Source: Lepidodermella squamata (taxonomy: Eukaryota; Animalia; Gastrotricha). From it: a stretch of 64,000 bases of DNA. The stretch is taken from assembly GCA_047495785.1 (NCBI GenBank), contig JBLDXI010000058.1, positions 186,001-250,000 on the forward strand, in the 5' to 3' direction. The position numbers and the translations under genes were made by a program. The notes beneath the pieces are model-generated. The model saw only the letters and a program-made list of their open reading frames with translations, did no database searches and was not told where the DNA came from. Positions 1 to 11,466 of this stretch are shown in pieces. Position 1 is the stretch's first letter. Each line of letters starts with the position of its first letter.

Positions 1-1023
1 TATTGAGAAGGCACGGGACCGATTAACGTCGCGAGGCTCGCAAATCTCGCAGTAAAAACTCTTCTTCATGTTTTCCTTCGATAAGGCAAAGCACACAACA
101 TGCTGCCAAGCAGTGCAGCATTCACATTGGATCATGAAACCATCATCATGTAAAAATCCGCAGATACAACGAGTGCCGCCAACTTTCGGCTTCTCGACGC
201 CGCTGCTTTGATCGTAATGCAGGCAAGCATTGTGAGAAGCGAGTTCTTTCTGTTTCTTGGTGAGTTTAAGAGCTGGTTTATCGGCTACAGCAAGCCGCTG
301 AGGTTGTGTTGGAGGCACTTGAGCTGCTGTTTGCCGTTCAGGACTTAACTGATGAACAGGTATGGAAGAGACGGGCGGGTCGATCGCTTTGACTGAATGA
401 GCTATTATTGGTACAATAAGCTTCGGAAGATCGTCATTATCAGGCATAGGAAGAGGGGTGGTTGAGATTGTCGGTGATAGAAATGGCATTGGAGCACCAT
501 AATTGTGGTCCTGATAAATGACACCGCAAAAGGAATTCACTTCCCGACTTTCCATGCGCGAAGCTGAAAGGGAGCGATGGGTTACGATAGAGTTGTTGGG
601 GACGATTCCAGGACTCGATGATGTTAAAACATCTTGACGATCAAAAGCTAACAAACATAAGCTTTATCAAATCAGGCGAATTATATAACAATGGTCTTAC
701 TCTGATTGAGATTTAATTCGTTCTTGAATGTCAGCATTGATGAGCCAATAGCACTGGCTGGAAGCATATTCACCATAGATGATGACTGATCAGAAGAATT
801 TCCAACTTCGTCCGCATTGGATGGTGCAAGCAGCGAAACCCTAGAATAAGGCTCTTTATAACTAAAAACCATTTATTACAACTAAAGCTTACTCAAATGA
901 TGGAATTCTCTGTTCAAACGGAGCCGCAAATTTGACATCGTCGACATTGTCAATCGAGGATGGCAGTGAAGAAATTTGCTTATGCAATACTATACTCATG
1001 GCTTTATGGGATGATGAGTGCAT
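1..1023 (-). CDS. KMT2E: KMT2E/MLL5 (UpSET/SETD5 family) N-terminal part; gene runs off the window
   Basis: Exons 1023-893, 840-701, 647-<1 with GT-AG introns join in frame. They encode the HCF-1-binding motif DHNYGAP (DHNY at 499-510) and the PHD finger TRCICGFLHDDGFMIQCECCTAWQHVVCF...FYCEICEPR typical of MLL5/UpSET. Most of this is absent from the ORF track. Confidence 0.88.
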
Positions 1024-1784
1024 ACAAATTTAAGCAAATTGGAAAACACATGTCAAAAATAGCCTAGATTGAAGATTGAAACAATTTGAATGAAAAGGAA
1101 TCAATGCATCAAAAACAAAGGACAGGGTCCGTAGAGCTAAATTGGCTTGCTCCAGCTCCACAGGCGCGTAGACGAGAAGTAAGTCTACAATCAAGTTACT
1201 ATCAAGTTACAATCAAGTAAACAAAATATCAAGCGTGTATAAGCTTGGATATACTTCGCTCAACAACAGGAGAGAGGAGATGACCAATTCTGAGTAGATA
1301 ATTAAGGCAAACAAACGACGTTTACATTAATGAAGAAAAACGAAATGAATCGCAAATCGCACGTCGAATCTAAGCGAATCACCACGCCCTTGCTTTCGCT
1401 TTTCGCTCCAGAAGGAGGAAGGAGCAGTCAGATGGATGTATCATGATACCTGTGGAGCTGTCATATGCAGTGATGTTGTCCGTTCTTTATAGCTGAAACT
1501 TGAAGAAGTCTCGTGCAAGGGCTCGGCGCTTCGAGGATGGCTTCAAACCGTTTTCTCCATCGTCAGGTCTCAGGATTTGTTGAAAGCAAAAAAAAGCAAA
1601 AAAATGTTGATTGCAGTTTTTCACAAAAATAAGTTGTCACATAGTGGACTATAAGAATAGCGCAGTATGCAAATAATTATTGCATTTCTAAAAAAATTCA
1701 AATTTATGAAAGCGCGCGCATCAGGTCGCGCGAATGCGATCTCCCTAGCGTCAGCGCAGCCTTCGAAGAGAGCGTCGATTTGTG

Positions 1785-2687
1785 ATGTCCATTTCCCATC
1801 CTCAGCAAAGTCATTACTTCAAGCAATACAGCCCTTCAGTTGATTTCAAAACTGCGGTGGTTTTGCTGAATGGACAAGCCGTGTCGAGTGAAGCCTACCT
1901 TAATTTTATTACTCGTCAAACCGTTTGGTTCGGCGTGACTGATGGAGCCGCTAATTGGGCGTTTAAACATAAGCTTGAATATAAAAGTAGAAGTGGTTTT
2001 CCAGCTCCTGATGTTGTTAGTGGAGACTTTGATTCCATCAGCGATGATGCGTTCCGATATTTTTCTACATTTCCTGGTGTTATCAAGGTCTGACTTCATC
2101 CCGCTTTCAACGGTGTATTTTCCAACTCTAATTAATCAAAGGCTACGTCCAATCAGGATAAAACTGACTTTGTGAAATGTTTGGAATTGCTATCAAATGA
2201 TCATATTGCTCTTGCTGAATCGGAAGTTGTATTGGGGTTAGCAGGATTCGGTGGTCGCATTGGTAAGTTTTATAAAACCGAGTTCCAATTGGAATTTACC
2301 GTTTGAACATTACACATTGCAGACCATATATTTGGCAACGTTCACGCTCTCTATATTGGCAAAGAACTGTTGCCTAACAAAAGCTTTTATGTTCTATCCG
2401 GTAATGAACAATTTGAGCAGGCTATGTGTCTTATTTCAAAAGGAAAGACTGTAATTGATGTCTCCCACTTGTCTGGCCATAACCATTGCGGCCTCATTCC
2501 TATTAATGGCCCGTGTCAGTCAGTTACGACTTCTGGATTACAGTGGAATCTTTCAAATACGCGCATGAGTTTTGACGGAATCGTGAGCACGTCTAATCGA
2601 CTGTCCTCCGGCGCAAATGTTGTTGAAATTGAATCAGATAATGATTTGTTATGGGTCATTGAACTGGGTTCTGTTTTCATTCCCTGA
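1785..2687 (+). CDS. TPK1: Thiamine pyrophosphokinase
   Basis: Exons 1785-2087, 2142-2262, 2323-2687. Motifs TDGAAN, PDVVSGDFDSI, NQDKTDF, GFGGRIDH, CGLIP, TTSGLQWNL, VSTSN. Confidence 0.95.
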
Positions 2688-3486
2688 TATGAGATTATTG
2701 ATATTCGGCCTAGCCTGATTTTACTTCTCTGCCTCACTTTTCATTGATTGTGTGCCTGTTGGACGCATCGAGTTTCACCTACAACTTGAGGCAAACAATT
2801 ATTGCCGTTTTTGCTTTTCTGGAAGGTACTAATTGATTGCAAAGCCTCAAGTCTCGACGCTCAATTTAGAAATGATAGTGATAACAGATTTGTATTGGTG
2901 ACCTAGAAAGGCTGCCATGTATTTCCTTTCTTTCATCGCCCAATTATTGGCAAGATATAAATTTTTTGATCGTAGGCAATCGTGCCATTTTTGCCTACCA
3001 AATGGATATAAATTTTGAAATAAATGAATAGAGGTGGAGGAGATAATTATTTAATTGGTTTTATCTGCCACGAATATTTTGATAATAATTGCTGATGTGT
3101 TTGTTTTGCCGAAATAGGGACGGATTTTTTGTAATTTCGTGTTTTTATGCAGCTCCAGTCTGTGAAATTCGTCGATTTTCGTTGTCAATATTTTGTTGCA
3201 ATTTGGGCACCACAGCACTCTATTATTCGAACAACATCATTTATATATTATGTCGTAGCTAGTTCTCTTCAGTTTAGTTTTTTTACAGAAAATATAATCT
3301 GTTTGATGTCTTCTTATTTTATAATGAACCATGTCTTGAAGAAGGTGCTATTAACTCATTAACTCATGAAATGACGACAGAGAAACAAATATAATACCTG
3401 AAAAGGTGAAAGGTGGCCTTACTCTACTTTAATTACCAAAATTTATTCTTAATTTTATCTCACTGTTCGTTTAGATCTTTGTTCTT

Positions 3487-6400
3487 ATGACTGAAAGACA
3501 AGCGCCTAAATTTCAATTTAGCGTGTTGCTACGAAAAGCGATCAAGGATGTCAACAAAATTGTAATAGATTTTTTATATTAAATAACCTACTATGCTGAT
3601 TATATTTTAGGAAAGCTGTGAGCCAACAAGTAATGGTGAAAGTTGCGCTGCGGTTGGTGCACAGAAGGACGATTCGGCAAAAGCTGCATCGCAATGCCAA
3701 GAAGGAGCAATGCATCGAAGAAACAAGTCTGGCTCTAATGGAGCCAACGAAATGAGCTCTAAGAAGAGGAACAAAACGAAGAATAAAGAGGACACGAATT
3801 CAAGACAGAACAAAAGTACCGTTATTAGTCCGTTGGCGGAATGCGACGTCGGCGTAAGTAATGCTGCAACAAATATCCCTCAGCAGGGTTCATACACTGA
3901 GTTATCCCCACACCCATCCGCCAAAGTAAAGCATAACCACAGCTCTTCCAAACGCCAGCCAAGAGTTTCGACTGGGCGATCATCAGAGAGCAAAGCTGAC
4001 GAAACACAGTCAAATGGCCACTCGGAGATTTCTGAACCTGTTTATGCAAGAAATGGACAGCCTAAGTTTAAAAAATCGTCTTCACTTGTGGAAACCACGG
4101 TGAAAATTGAAGAGAAAAATGCCGAGCCGTCGTCGAATTTCGAAATTGAGGCTACAGTAGAAGAAAAACCGGAACAGACTGTGAAGCAGTCAGAATCACA
4201 TAGGCTTGCGGAGGCAAGAGGACGCGCACGACATCTAGCCACTAATCATTTCAAAAATAAGAAAGCAGCCGCAACGGCCACTTCTGCGAATGGAAATCTA
4301 ACTCAACCGGGAGAGACTAATGCCGATCCGGGCCATCCTACTAGTGCTGATGCTTCTGCAATGTTTGAAGATGCGGCAGTCGGCTCTTCAGAATCCGCAC
4401 CTGCTTACAACAAGCGCATCAAGGTAGAAGAAAGTGATGATCCTTCCGAGGAGCAAGCAACTACATCGCAGCTTAACTCAACTGAAAAACCTGCCAAGTT
4501 TGTTGTTTTGATACAAATTTTTTAGTTGTCTCAACAGTTCTTTTCATACTTATAGGCCTCGCCGGTCACGATTTTCGGATATCGTGCCAGAGGACTATGC
4601 CAAGGTTGCGAACGCTTATAATATCTCACCCCAGCAATATCACACCCCAGAAAGCAGAAACAAACCGAATTTCTTTCGATCCGCAACAATAAGCCAAGAG
4701 TCAACTCCGAGTGGTCAGTTCACTAGTCCTCAAAATGAACAAGCTTACCAAGCCGCGATGGCGGCGCAACAGGCGGCTGCTGAGGATAGGTTTAGCAGAA
4801 CTTTCTGCCAGATGAATAGCCCCTACATCGACTCACATTGCCACTTGGATCTGTTGCTTTGGGAAAGGTTTGTTGTTTAGATCGAGGCCTGTTAAACAGA
4901 TTAATCGAACGTGTTCCTACAGGCATCGATGGCCCTCAACTTTTGAGCGATTTCGAAACGATAAGGTAGCAACCAGCTTCCCTCCGAACTTTGCGGGCTG
5001 CGTAGCTGTCTTTGCCCATCCTCGCCATTACGAAAGGAGCAGTAAGTTAGCAAACTTTCTAATTTCACAATTTTGCTGAAAATCTCACTATCAGTTGAGC
5101 GAATGATGGCTATTTCTCGCGAAGACTTTGTTCGAGCCTCGATCGGCTGCCACCCAAAGTGTGCAGCCCAAAATCAGTGGACCGAGCAGCTCGAGGCGAC
5201 CATTCGCCGTGCCGTGGCGACAGGTGGAACAGACCGCGTCGTTGCGATCGGCGAGTGCGGCCTTGACTATTCGCAGCCTAACTTTGCAATGGCTTCCGCC
5301 AAGCAGAAAGAGTCGTTTGTCGCGCAGATGAAAATGGCTATCGACCTGCAATTGCCTCTCGTCGTGCACTGCCGTGATGCGGAAGAAGACTGTTTGAAAA
5401 TAATGCAGGAAACGCTGCCTCATGATCACCCGATTCATCGGCACTGCTACACGGGCAACGTCGAAGAAATGCGTCGTTGGCACCTCGCCTTCCCTCAGCT
5501 CTGTTTCGGTTTCACCCCTGTTGCAATATGCAACAAGCCACCGTTCAGCGAAGTAATCAAGGCGGTTCCTCTCGACAGTAAGATAACTAGCTATTTTACT
5601 TTATTTTTCGTCCCAATAAGTTAATGTCTTTTTGAAAAAAGAATTGCCGTTAACTGGGGTGACTTGAGGCGGCTTCGTTTTAACAGGCCCCGAAGTTTAA
5701 TTAAAATAGAGATGTTTCAAAATTTTCCCGTAGAATATGAAATAAAAAATTAAACTGAAATTCTTTTCCTGTTATTATATGCCCAGAAATGGATTCTTAT
5801 TGATGCGCATTGTACACATCCAGACAGGCCTTTTCTTGGGCTATTCAACGGTGCCCCACTCACGGGTTCTTTACCTTTTCATCTTCGATTTTTGGTTTGC
5901 CAAAGTGACCTCATTTTGGCATTTCAAAGTGACCCCACTGTAAATTCGCCCCAGTTAACGGTATTTCGTATTCAAGATACATCGTAACTCGACATAATAT
6001 TGTCTTACGCGCACTTGCTTCGCAGTGCGACGTAATGGGCAGGTCCCAATTATTTTTCTTCCTGCTATCTGGGATCCTGAACTGACACTGAACGCTGAAC
6101 TCATTTGAACCTATTATTTCGTCCGAACCAGGACCAAGCGCATCGATTTTACGTTTCGAAATCAGTAATCTTCCTAAGCAGTCTTCCTAAGCAGTGTCGT
6201 AAGGCTTGGGACTCAGGGTCTCTGGGAACGACTTAGATAGGATATTACTCTTAACACTTTGGTGGTAAATGGCTCGACGTTAGGATAGGAATAACAGATA
6301 ATGTTTAAATGTGACAACGTTTCGGAAGTGCATGGTAGAATTGAGGCGGAGAAATGTTTCATCATTGAGATGCATTGGACAACTTCACTTGCACGCTTTC

Positions 6401-8855
6401 GCTCGCATGTGTCTCGGAATGGTGAATATACAGAACTGTCAAAAACCAATGTTCCAACAATGTTACTATTTCATTGATCGATTTTCTGCCGGCTAGCATT
6501 CAAATTCTGCAGTTAGAAAGGCATGCTTTATAAGCTAACAATTTGTTCTATAGCGATGTGTAAGGTATAATAATTGCGGAGTAATTATTGTTTACCCAAT
6601 GTTAGGATCATCGGCAGCGAAGAAAAGCGTCGATGGCAGATTACCTTTTTAAAAATTTAACAGTGATGCGATAATCTTGGTACGCCTTAAAATGATATCT
6701 CGTGTTCAAATTTTTTATGATTTTCATGCTATTTTCAGGTGATTCTGTGAGAAAGTCAAGCAATCTTTCCCTGCTCAGAAGGCACAATCGCTATTTTATG
6801 GGGAATTTTCTGCAAGACCAACATTTTACTCAAACAATTTTTCAAACATTCAACTTGAAGCTACTCAACACTCAATCTGCTGAATGGAGGGTTGTTTGTC
6901 AATATCAAACAATCGATATCTATACTAATATAACGCGTAGATTAAGGCTAGTTTGCGTGGTATTTTGTTAATTTCATTCATGCAAACTCGTTCAAACGAT
7001 TCGGTATGAAGCATAGCAATCTGTACATGGGATTTACATTGGTGTCTGAGGACAAGAGCCATAGACAATTTCCTTAAATTATGTCTATTGGAATAGCGGA
7101 GCTATTCGTGCGCGGTGCCAGGGTGGCAGAAAGTTTTTAAAACTCCGAGCTTTATCCTAGATGAACGAGAAAAATTTCGTACAGTTTTATGTAATGTTGG
7201 GGTTGATATGTGATAGTAGTGTTCATTTGGCAGGAAAACTGAAGGAGTATGACGCTTATAAACGTGTGTTCAATGCTAAAAGTTATCTAAAACGTATAAA
7301 CGTTGCTCTACCCCGCTGACATTTATCCTAGATAATCTAGTAATCTAGGAACTTTCTGCCAACCTGTGCGGTCGTGCCCTCAAATCAATTGCTGCCCTTG
7401 TAAACGTTTGTATAACGACGCGCATTTTTTGTACAACAACAATATAGAACGAAAATAGTATAGGCATGATAGGGTCGTCGTTTATATCTATGAATTTTGG
7501 CGTTATTCTGAGTGATGTCGACTCGGCTGTGCCTCAATACGATTTTCTTCATTACGAAACTTCCATTTTTCTTTTTTTCAGGAAAACAGGGGATATAAAA
7601 GATGGAAACGATGATACGATAAACGCTAAACGACTATGACGACAATAGGCGACACTTTTAATGCAAGTGGAGACAGAAGAAAGTGGATGGTAAAAAATGA
7701 CAGAAAATAAGGCTGATAAATGTTGCATCATGGAGAAGCTTTAGGACTGTTCACATTTTATTCTCATAACAGGAATATAATCCATCAAAAACCAATGCTT
7801 CAACCAATGTACTAATGTTGATCGATTTTCTGCTAACTTTATACTCTTCAGTTAGAAGGCAAGAGTTGACACATTCTTTTTGTAAGCGAGGTGTTAGGCT
7901 TGTGGTTGCGGAATAATTCTGTTCACCCAATGTTGCGGTTATTGGCAGCGAAGCCTGACTAAAATTTTCAATCAATCAATCATACTCACTTCTTACTTAC
8001 GCACTTCTATTTGCCACATGATCATTAAGTACGGCCATTCTGCGCGTGCGTCTAATGGTTTGTTAATTATCGTGCAAGTGCGCGCGCTATACTCCGATAC
8101 CGATATTTTGGCGCACTTCCGAAATTAGGCAGATATTTGTACGCGGCCGGGTTGCTCCGCAAAGCAAAATAGTATCAACTTAATAATGTAACTGTTCCAT
8201 CCCTGAATGCAAAAGCTTGATATTTTTTCGATACTCACTAATCCTGAATCATCAACTGAATCCTGACAAATTTTCGCGCATTAATTCGACAGGTCGTTGT
8301 CGTGTGACGAGAAACCCGAAGTCACGCGCCAAAAAAATTGAAAATAAAATTTTCAAGGTCATTTTAAATTTTTATTTAATTTCTATATTATTCCACTAAC
8401 GTTCAACAAATTTTGAAAAATGTAAATGAAACGAATGGCATTTGCCGCGGGCGTCAAGGACAAACGGAGAAAAACGGGGAGGGGGTCTGCCGACTAACAG
8501 CAGTCCCCGGTAACCCGGGACCTGCCCATTTTAAGCCAATATTGCCGCAGTAATCGAAATTTTACCGCCCGGGCAATTTTTTTGTAGTTGCGTAAAATTA
8601 CTGTGAATATGTATGATTGCAGAACTTCTGCTGGAGACTGACGCGCCTTACTTTCTGCCGCCAGCCGCGCGAAATCTGTCCGGCATCGATGGCGCCTCGC
8701 ATCCGGGCTTGTCAATCTGCGTTGCCAAACACATCGCCCATGCACGTGCGATCGACGTCGAGGACCTGTTGCATGCAACCTATACCAACACCGTGAATCT
8801 GTATCGCATGTACGACTGCAGGAAGCGATTATGCGACGTTGACGATAATCCCTAG
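3487..8855 (+). CDS. TATDN2: TatD-family nuclease with a long disordered N-terminus (TATDN2-like)
   Basis: Exons approx 3487-3561, 3611-4497, 4556-4868, 4923-5041, 5095-5577, 8623-8855. Motifs YIDSHCHLD, IGCHP, AIGECGLDYS, VVHCRDAEED, HRHCYTG, LLETDAPYF. The last intron (5578-8622) is about 3 kb. Confidence 0.88.
5647..5961. mobile_element. MITE with CCGTTAACTGGGG terminal inverted repeats (Tc1/pogo-like, TA target)
   Basis: CCGTTAACTGGGG at 5647-5659 and its reverse complement at 5949-5961, followed by TA (left flank TG). Internal CAAAGTGACC subterminal repeats. No ORF. Confidence 0.75.
6430..6630 (-). pseudogene. Degenerate hAT transposase C-terminal dimerisation-like fragment, copy 1
   Basis: Nucleotide-similar to 7785-7955 (shared AAAAACCAATG, TTGATCGATTTTCTGC, CAGTTAGAA, ACCCAATGTT, GGCAGCGAAG). 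Contains stops and frameshifts. Confidence 0.4.
7119..7366. mobile_element. hAT-type MITE
   Basis: TIRs CAGGGTGGCAGAAAGTT (7119-7135) and AACTTTCTGCCAACCTG (7350-7366), 16/17 match. The 8-bp flanks CGCGGTGC and TGCGGTCG resemble a decayed TSD. TTTATCCTAGAT occurs near both ends. Confidence 0.7.
7751..7955 (-). pseudogene. Degenerate hAT transposase C-terminal dimerisation-like fragment, copy 2
   Basis: SLPITATLGEQNYSA...LQKECVNSCLLTEEYKVSRKSINISTLVEAL resembles the hAT dimerisation pattern LPVTxAxxERSFS...MxQERLNxLALLxIExE as recalled; not searched. Confidence 0.45.
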
Positions 8856-9037
8856 CTCTTTGATTGATTTAGTCATTTTTTACTTGAATCGCCTGCATCT
8901 GTAAGAAATGTCGGCCATTTGAGAACTACTCGGCGTTATTTAGCTGTTGTTGACTGTGATCATTATTTGACGAATAGTCAGCTCATTCAAAGTTTTAAAT
9001 TTAAATCGTTTGCATTTATTTGATAATGTAGATTTTT

Positions 9038-10475
9038 ATGTCTCCAGTGGTTAATGCTCACGGGGAGCAATCGTCCGGCAGCGGGGGGTCTCGCGCGGAG
9101 CGTCAGGAAAAACAGGAACGCAGAACTGATCTAATTTGGCGGGTCAGCTACACAAATACCCTTCGCGACATACCGTTCGACGGCAAATGTATAGCTTACC
9201 CGTTCGAACCAGGCCGCTTTGCCGAGTACCGGCCGACGAGCATGGATTTGACTCGGAAATTCGACCTGATGACCGAACCCGATCTCGGCGTGCGCATCGA
9301 CCTGGTCACTGCGGCTGGCGGGGGCTATGTCGCAGGGCCGAACAGCATGCTGGCGCCAGAAGACGAAAGACTCCTGGAAGATGAGCCCACGAGCGGTGGG
9401 CCCGGGGATAAAGGCGGATTGGCGGCGAAAAAGCGCCGAGTACCCTGGCTGCGGCGCACCCAATACCTCGGGGCAGATTTGCAGCGATACGGTACGCAGA
9501 CTGAGAAGGGCGAGACACGTGTCGGACGGCGGCTGCTAGCTGGTGTCGACCCTGATGAGCTTCAATTATACAAGGATCCAGAATACCAAGCTCAAGCTAT
9601 TCAACGCACGTTCGAGCTAGCCCAGGAGCCGATTCCGGCGACCCACCACAGCCGGCCTGGCGTTACACCGGTCGAAGTGCTGCCTGTGTTTCCTGATTTC
9701 GACATGTGGCAGTATCCGGCGGCTCAGGTGCTCTTCGATTCGGACCCGGCACCAGCTCAAGGTTCATCGTCGCAGGCTGACACCGGGGGCGTCGACAAGC
9801 TTTCGCAAGCGATGATTCGTGGTTTGCAGGACGATGCGGGTGAGCAGTTCGTCGCCTATTTCCTGCCCACGGAAGCAACACTGCGCAAGCGGAAGCGAGA
9901 CATGGAGGAAAATGTCGATTTCAACCCGGCTGATGAATACGACTATGAAGTCGTCAGAGAGGTAGCGTTTTAATATTTATTTTAAAATTTTGAATTATTA
10001 TTGGATTCGTGTTCTTGTTTTTCAGTATAATTGGAACGTACGCGCCCCTCCAGATCGTCAATCGGGTGCCAACCGCGGTGATATTGGATTCGCCTTTATT
10101 TTCCACGGTGATCGGGTAGTCTATGACGAACTTGACACTCGCGTCCGACTGAGCAAGCGTAAAAAGGTAAGCGACCTTTCAAACTTTTAAGGTAGAGTAC
10201 TTGCTAAATCCACTGTCTTATTATAGCCGAGCGCCGCTAATGTCCGTTCGCGACTCATCGTGCGATTCCGTCCCTTCAGCGACAACGAAATCGCCACGCA
10301 GAAAGCTCGCCAAGCCATTCTGGATTCTGGCGCTGCTCTCGAGCCGGAGGAGGAGCCGGCGGATGACGTGGCCGCAGAAGCTTCGGGCGAAGAGCGTGAT
10401 GGTGCTGGCGAGGACGCCGCTGAAAAGTCCAGTCATTCTGCCTCGAGTAATGATTCAGATAATTCTGACGATTGA
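9038..10475 (+). CDS. PAF1: RNA polymerase II-associated factor 1
   Basis: Exons 9038-9961, 10026-10166, 10227-10475. Motifs RVSYTNTLRDIPFD, LMTEPDLGVRIDL, VPWLRRTQY, PVFPDFDMWQYP, GEQFVAYFLP, REYNWNV, RVRLSKRK, then an acidic tail. Confidence 0.96.
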
Positions 10476-11466
10476 TCATTCTTTAGGTACAACTTGTTAA
10501 ATTGTTTACATTTTCGTGCTTTTCCACAATAAAGAACTCAACATTCGATTATTTATCGATTATTTTGTCAGTTAATCCTTGCTAAAACTATCAGAAATTC
10601 CTCATTGCTGCTTATGCAATCATGCTCTAAAAAGAACCGAAGCACAGTGACCGGGCTGTTTTGGCTGAATTAGGTATCCTGATCGGCAGAGAACTTTTAG
10701 CCTTCCAAATAAAGAGCGAAAATGGCTAACGATACCCATGGCATATCATGCACGCAAATTATTGCATATCGTTGGTGTAGCGAGCACCTTATTGCATATA
10801 AGGTACCACGTGAGCAATCTTCCAAAACTCGTTTTTTATGATGGATGCTTATACTAAAATTGATACGGCCGATCGAATGGTGACCTCCGTTTTTCAAAAT
10901 TCGCTTCGGAAACAATTTTCCTATAAAAAATGCCAAGTCCTAATTTCATTCACAATAACACAATTTTTACACCTCTCAGTTTTTGGAATCGATCTGCTTC
11001 AAAATTTCATCGCAAAATCTTAAAATGCGGGTAGAACTCGCGCCGAAAACTTGAGCAAATTTATTGAATTTTAGTTGAAGTTCATTGTGTGAAGCATTGT
11101 TGCGTCATCTTTTTTGCATACGTCTCTTGGTTGACAAGCACACCTCATCTCACGCGGAAGCCAATTTTACATGAAACAGACAGTGCCTTCGCGTTTCTCG
11201 CCCCTTGACACCCCCGGACTCCAAGCCATGAGAAAAAAATGCCCGATCAATTTAGAATAAACGCGTTTTTTTCGATTCGAAATTTCGAAAAAACCACTTG
11301 GCACTTTATCTCGCTATACCGACAATATATTTTCGGTGGAATAAAATTGAGAAACAGGTAACATAACACATGGATCCATATAAAATCGCTTTATTATAAA
11401 TAAGCTTAGACATGTGGCTGGAAATTTTGTTGAAAGTTCCGCAATTTTCTATAAATTGAAAAGAGA

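Larger units (their letters stand above)
6034..8530. mobile_element. Possible old DNA transposon bounded by a 14-bp perfect inverted repeat
   Basis: AATGGGCAGGTCCC at 6034-6047 and GGGACCTGCCCATT at 8517-8530. Encloses the transposase-like relics and a MITE. No clean target-site duplication. Confidence 0.4.
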
